Positions 56,015 through 59,100 of a stretch of 59,100 nt of DNA are shown piece by piece; positions within the stretch are counted from its first letter, which is position 1; every line of letters starts with the position of its first letter. Position numbers and translations under genes: made by a program. A model generated the notes under the pieces. It made no database searches. It was not told the origin of the DNA and saw only the letters and a list, made by a program, of their open reading frames with translations. The stretch comes from a bacterium (GTDB taxonomy: Bacteria > UBP18 > UBA7526). The stretch is from the NCBI GenBank assembly GCA_030615855.1, contig JAUWYL010000004.1:1-59100 (forward strand). Direction: 5' to 3'.

Positions 56015-57138
56015 TCCACACCTCCTTTCTCAAGTTTAACACCTGGATAGTAATGTTTTAGAATTTCCTTATAATTATAGCCTTTCTCTGCCATCCCTTT
56101 CGCTCCCCACTGGCACATTCCTACTCCATGCCCCCAGCCCTTTCCTTTAAACTCCACCCTTCCCCTCTTCTCTTTCATTTTGAAGAGGGTGCTCCTAATT
56201 AGATTGGGGCCGAGAGCCATCCGAAACTGATTCCCAGAAATAATATGCTTACCAAATTCGTCTTCCACAATCAGTTTCGCTATCCTGCCTGTGCCACCTC
56301 TCTTATAGACCTCTATAGATTCAATCTCACTAATCCCTTTACGACTCAAGGCATTGCTAATCTCTAAAAGGCTCAAATTCTCCTCCCATTCATAGTGAGG
56401 AGAATTTTTACAGTACTTGCATCTGACACTCTTCAGATAGGGTAGTCTTCCGCCCCAGACATTTTCTACATCCGCTGTTTCCCCTCCACAGGTAGCATGA
56501 TAATAGGCCGCTATTGGTTTTTCTTGATAGATAAGTATCTCTCCTTTGGTTTCATCAATGGCCTCGTTAGATCTGGGATCCTCACCCGATAGGCCACCAT
56601 ATACCTGAGAGGTAATAGTGGCGCATAAGTCATAGGGCTTACCAATGTTCTTTAGTTTTTTATTCAGAGCAAAACTTCTGGCAGCTACGGCCTGGGCCTT
56701 TACCGCTTCCTTTGGCCAGGCAGGCGATATCTCATGCTTCATCACTCCCTGAAGATACTCCTCCAAGTCCACCTCATTGATAACTAATAAGGTATCGTTC
56801 CTCTTTCTAACCTCTATCTCTCCTCGATAGGTCCGGTTATTTACTCTTATAAAAGAATCCCCTAAGGGCTTAACCTCCAAGATATCTCCATACTCCTCTG
56901 GCCCATCCATCTTCAATCCAAAGAGGCCAGATTGAATCATATAAATAGCCTCTTCATCTCCAATAGCTACGGCCTCCAATTTTCCAGGGGCAAAGATTTT
57001 AAATCTTCCCGTGGCAGATATTTTTGCAGATGAAGCATCCAGAAGAATAGCCACCCGAATCTTGAAATCGGGACTATCTTTAAAACCCGTTAAGATAAAA
57101 CACGCTATTATTAAAAATAGTAGCAGGGGTTTTTTCAT
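56011..57138 (-). CDS. SpoIID/LytB-domain lytic transglycosylase
   Basis: YRG, EEYL.GV..E, KAQAVAARS, QVY.G, GWGHGVGMCQWGA, YYPG. Confidence 0.9.
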   Translation of the reverse strand: MKKPLLLFLIIACFILTGFKDSPDFKIRVAILLDASSAKISATGRFKIFAPGKLEAVAIGDEEAIYMIQSGLFGLKMDGPEEYGDILEVKPLGDSFIRVNNRTYRGEIEVRKRNDTLLVINEVDLEEYLQGVMKHEISPAWPKEAVKAQAVAARSFALNKKLKNIGKPYDLCATITSQVYGGLSGEDPRSNEAIDETKGEILIYQEKPIAAYYHATCGGETADVENVWGGRLPYLKSVRCKYCKNSPHYEWEENLSLLEISNALSRKGISEIESIEVYKRGGTGRIAKLIVEDEFGKHIISGNQFRMALGPNLIRSTLFKMKEKRGRVEFKGKGWGHGVGMCQWGAKGMAEKGYNYKEILKHYYPGVKLEKGGVE

Positions 57139-57180
57139 TCTCGACATCCTTTGTTCATCACGCAAGATATGCGTTTTTCT

Positions 57181-57249
57181 GTCTTGGCCGTCGAATCCGT
57201 CGTTCGAATCCGTCTATACTACTGACGGACTGACGGGCAGACGGACTGA
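57181..57249. repeat. CCGTC / GACGG inverted array
   Basis: copy of 34995-35072. Confidence 0.8.
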
Positions 57250-57250
57250 T

Positions 57251-59100
57251 TTACCTCTTCTCTAAATGCGCCCTGTATCGCCTTGCTTTATGCATGAAGA
57301 CTTCCAGATTTGTCCTGGTATTTGGATCATGAACTCCATCCATCCTTAAGGTGAGCACCGGTATCTTAAATTCTCGGTGCATCTTCTCCAGCATGTATTG
57401 GAGAATCCCTCCCGGCATACAATAGGAGGGGACGGGGGAGAGTATCCCGTGAATCTTTCTGGATGCGATATAGAGTCGCGCCAGACCGGTTCCCTCCAGG
57501 GCCTCACTATCTGCTGAAAGGTGAAGGTAATGGGAGGCCGCGGCTAACATTTCTTTAGCCTTCGGCTCCGGGAAGAGTAGATGGTGACGGATCTTCTTAG
57601 TGACCTGATGTTCCAGGAATTCCTGGAGGTATTTTAGGGGTTTCAAAATAGGGTGTCTCTTTGCTATGACCTCAAAGGCATAGTTCAGAAAGGAACCAGT
57701 CATAGGCAGGATGACTATACCGCCCAGGGATTCTATTCTTTTGACCATGTATTCATTGCTATGCTCGTGGACTCTGACATAGGCCTCCCCCACAATCCCG
57801 ATATTAACCTTCTCTTCCTTTCTGCCGATAGGAACCCTTTCTATCAGCTTGAAGAGTTTATAGGTTCTGGAGGCCATATTGCCTTCCCGCATCCCTTCCA
57901 GTATTAAATTCATATTCTTTTCAAATGCTCTATCAATGCTGCCGGGAACTAATTCATAGGGCCGCCTCTCCTTGACATATTGTCTAATAACCTCCATGGC
58001 CACCAGGCCTTTCCAGAATCTGGTAAGGAACCTAAACCCCCTTATCTTGCTGATCTTTATTCCCCCATTTACCAGTTCAAATCCCTTCCAATAATTGATG
58101 GTGTCTGGCTCCGGGGTTATTATGGGAACCTCAAAACCCAATTCTCGTAAGGTCTGTTCCTGCAATAAGTAATAGCACTTCTGTCTACAGGAACCATCCG
58201 CCTGCATGTTAAAGAAGGCAATCTTATCTGGATCGCAAGGGTGCCGGAGCACATAGTCTAAGAAATCCCCGGCGGTCTCCCTGGTGGGCAGGCAGGTTTT
58301 GTCCGATATGAATCTATTGGCCAGGGTTAATGTGGCATCTGATGATCGGGGTAAGAGCTCTGCTTCAACCCCTATGAATTTCAGGGCCTCAACCAGGATA
58401 TGGGCATCCTCGTCCATATAGGGGAGGAGCAATTTTCTCTTCCCTGGTTTAGGGGAAGAAGAAACCTCTTTACCTTTAAAACTTAGCTGGTGAATCTTTT
58501 CTATCCTTTCTCTGACACTGTCCAGGAATGCCTCACATCTTGTGCGCAGATGGGCCTGAGCAGTTGTCTTTCCCACCTCAAGGTTTAGAAATGGCTTCCC
58601 TCCCATCCTATTTTTGAAGAATGTGGTGAGAAAGGAGTCTGGGCCACAGGCGAATGTAGAGAAGTAGACGGCGTTCAACCGCGGAGTCTTCCTTATTAGT
58701 TCCGCAGCCCGCAGGATCCTCTGACCATAACTCCAGTTAATTCTACCCTGATAAGTCCCCAAGTCTTGCTCATCCAATGGTAGGAAATCGAGGGGAATAG
58801 GTAGGGCGCCCAGATCCAGAAGCATCCTCGGTAGATCAACATTTATTCCTGGATCACCGATGGTGTAGGATCTACTCACGATGACCAGGGGAAGGGGATA
58901 ATCACCAATATTCTCTAATATTTCTCTTCCCTTCTTCTTTATCGCCTTATTAAAATGGGTGAGGGACGCCAGGCCCTTGCTCAAGGCCCTCCTTACACTC
59001 TTTGGGTTCTGGCCCAGGGTTCTCCCAATCTCCATCATTGCCCTTTCTAGGTTATACCTCTTCTTATGGAAATGGATGGGGACGGTGAGCAACTTCTTGC
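57251..59100 (-). CDS. 3' part of a 2-hydroxyacyl-CoA dehydratase activase-related (DUF2229-type) protein, 5'-truncated by the window
   Basis: R.Y...DPGIN, FACGPDSF, TRCEAF, GIVGE.YVR, CMPG; frame open to the edge. Confidence 0.8.
   Translation of the reverse strand, partial: KKLLTVPIHFHKKRYNLERAMMEIGRTLGQNPKSVRRALSKGLASLTHFNKAIKKKGREILENIGDYPLPLVIVSRSYTIGDPGINVDLPRMLLDLGALPIPLDFLPLDEQDLGTYQGRINWSYGQRILRAAELIRKTPRLNAVYFSTFACGPDSFLTTFFKNRMGGKPFLNLEVGKTTAQAHLRTRCEAFLDSVRERIEKIHQLSFKGKEVSSSPKPGKRKLLLPYMDEDAHILVEALKFIGVEAELLPRSSDATLTLANRFISDKTCLPTRETAGDFLDYVLRHPCDPDKIAFFNMQADGSCRQKCYYLLQEQTLRELGFEVPIITPEPDTINYWKGFELVNGGIKISKIRGFRFLTRFWKGLVAMEVIRQYVKERRPYELVPGSIDRAFEKNMNLILEGMREGNMASRTYKLFKLIERVPIGRKEEKVNIGIVGEAYVRVHEHSNEYMVKRIESLGGIVILPMTGSFLNYAFEVIAKRHPILKPLKYLQEFLEHQVTKKIRHHLLFPEPKAKEMLAAASHYLHLSADSEALEGTGLARLYIASRKIHGILSPVPSYCMPGGILQYMLEKMHREFKIPVLTLRMDGVHDPNTRTNLEVFMHKARRYRAHLEKR

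Noticed and set aside
1-59100. Prophage, IS transposase, tRNA/rRNA, recognisable defence system
   Set aside because: No supporting ORFs or RNA motifs seen by eye.

Overview
A 59.1-kb, gene-dense chromosomal segment of a bacterium, apparently an anaerobic diderm (TonB/ExbBD, outer-membrane barrels, bifurcating-type Etf) with a Firmicute-like core gene order. Almost all genes are on the minus strand; rpmB is the exception. In transcription order it holds: a partial CoA-activase-related gene, spoIID-like, yajC, an HD protein, fused secDF, DUF456 and DUF1858; then recG, DUF2851, rsmD, coaD, pta; then rpmF-plsX-fabHDG-acpP-fabF-rnc; then bcd, DUF1189-like, etfB, ferredoxin-etfA, two CPBP-type paralogues and smc. 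Next come an FMN-riboswitch rib operon with nusB, a PHP gene and cobC, a ~16-kb cobalamin uptake/remodelling operon with two cobalamin riboswitches, a duplicated beta-barrel protein, UPF0280, a 22-aa-repeat protein and mscS. No rRNA, tRNA, CRISPR or transposase is seen. The most notable signals are: (1) many small elements (CCCCG...CGGGG palindromes with 4-bp flanking duplications, REP-like hairpins, and inverted arrays of 7-10-bp repeats) that fill most spacers and sit in frame in about nine housekeeping genes and a riboswitch; (2) an unassigned cassette of two PP-loop ATP ligases, CbiZ and a radical SAM enzyme inside the B12 salvage operon; (3) a bL32 ORF with an N-terminal transmembrane extension; (4) a possible fabF-rnc frameshift fusion. 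All calls are by eye, without database searches.
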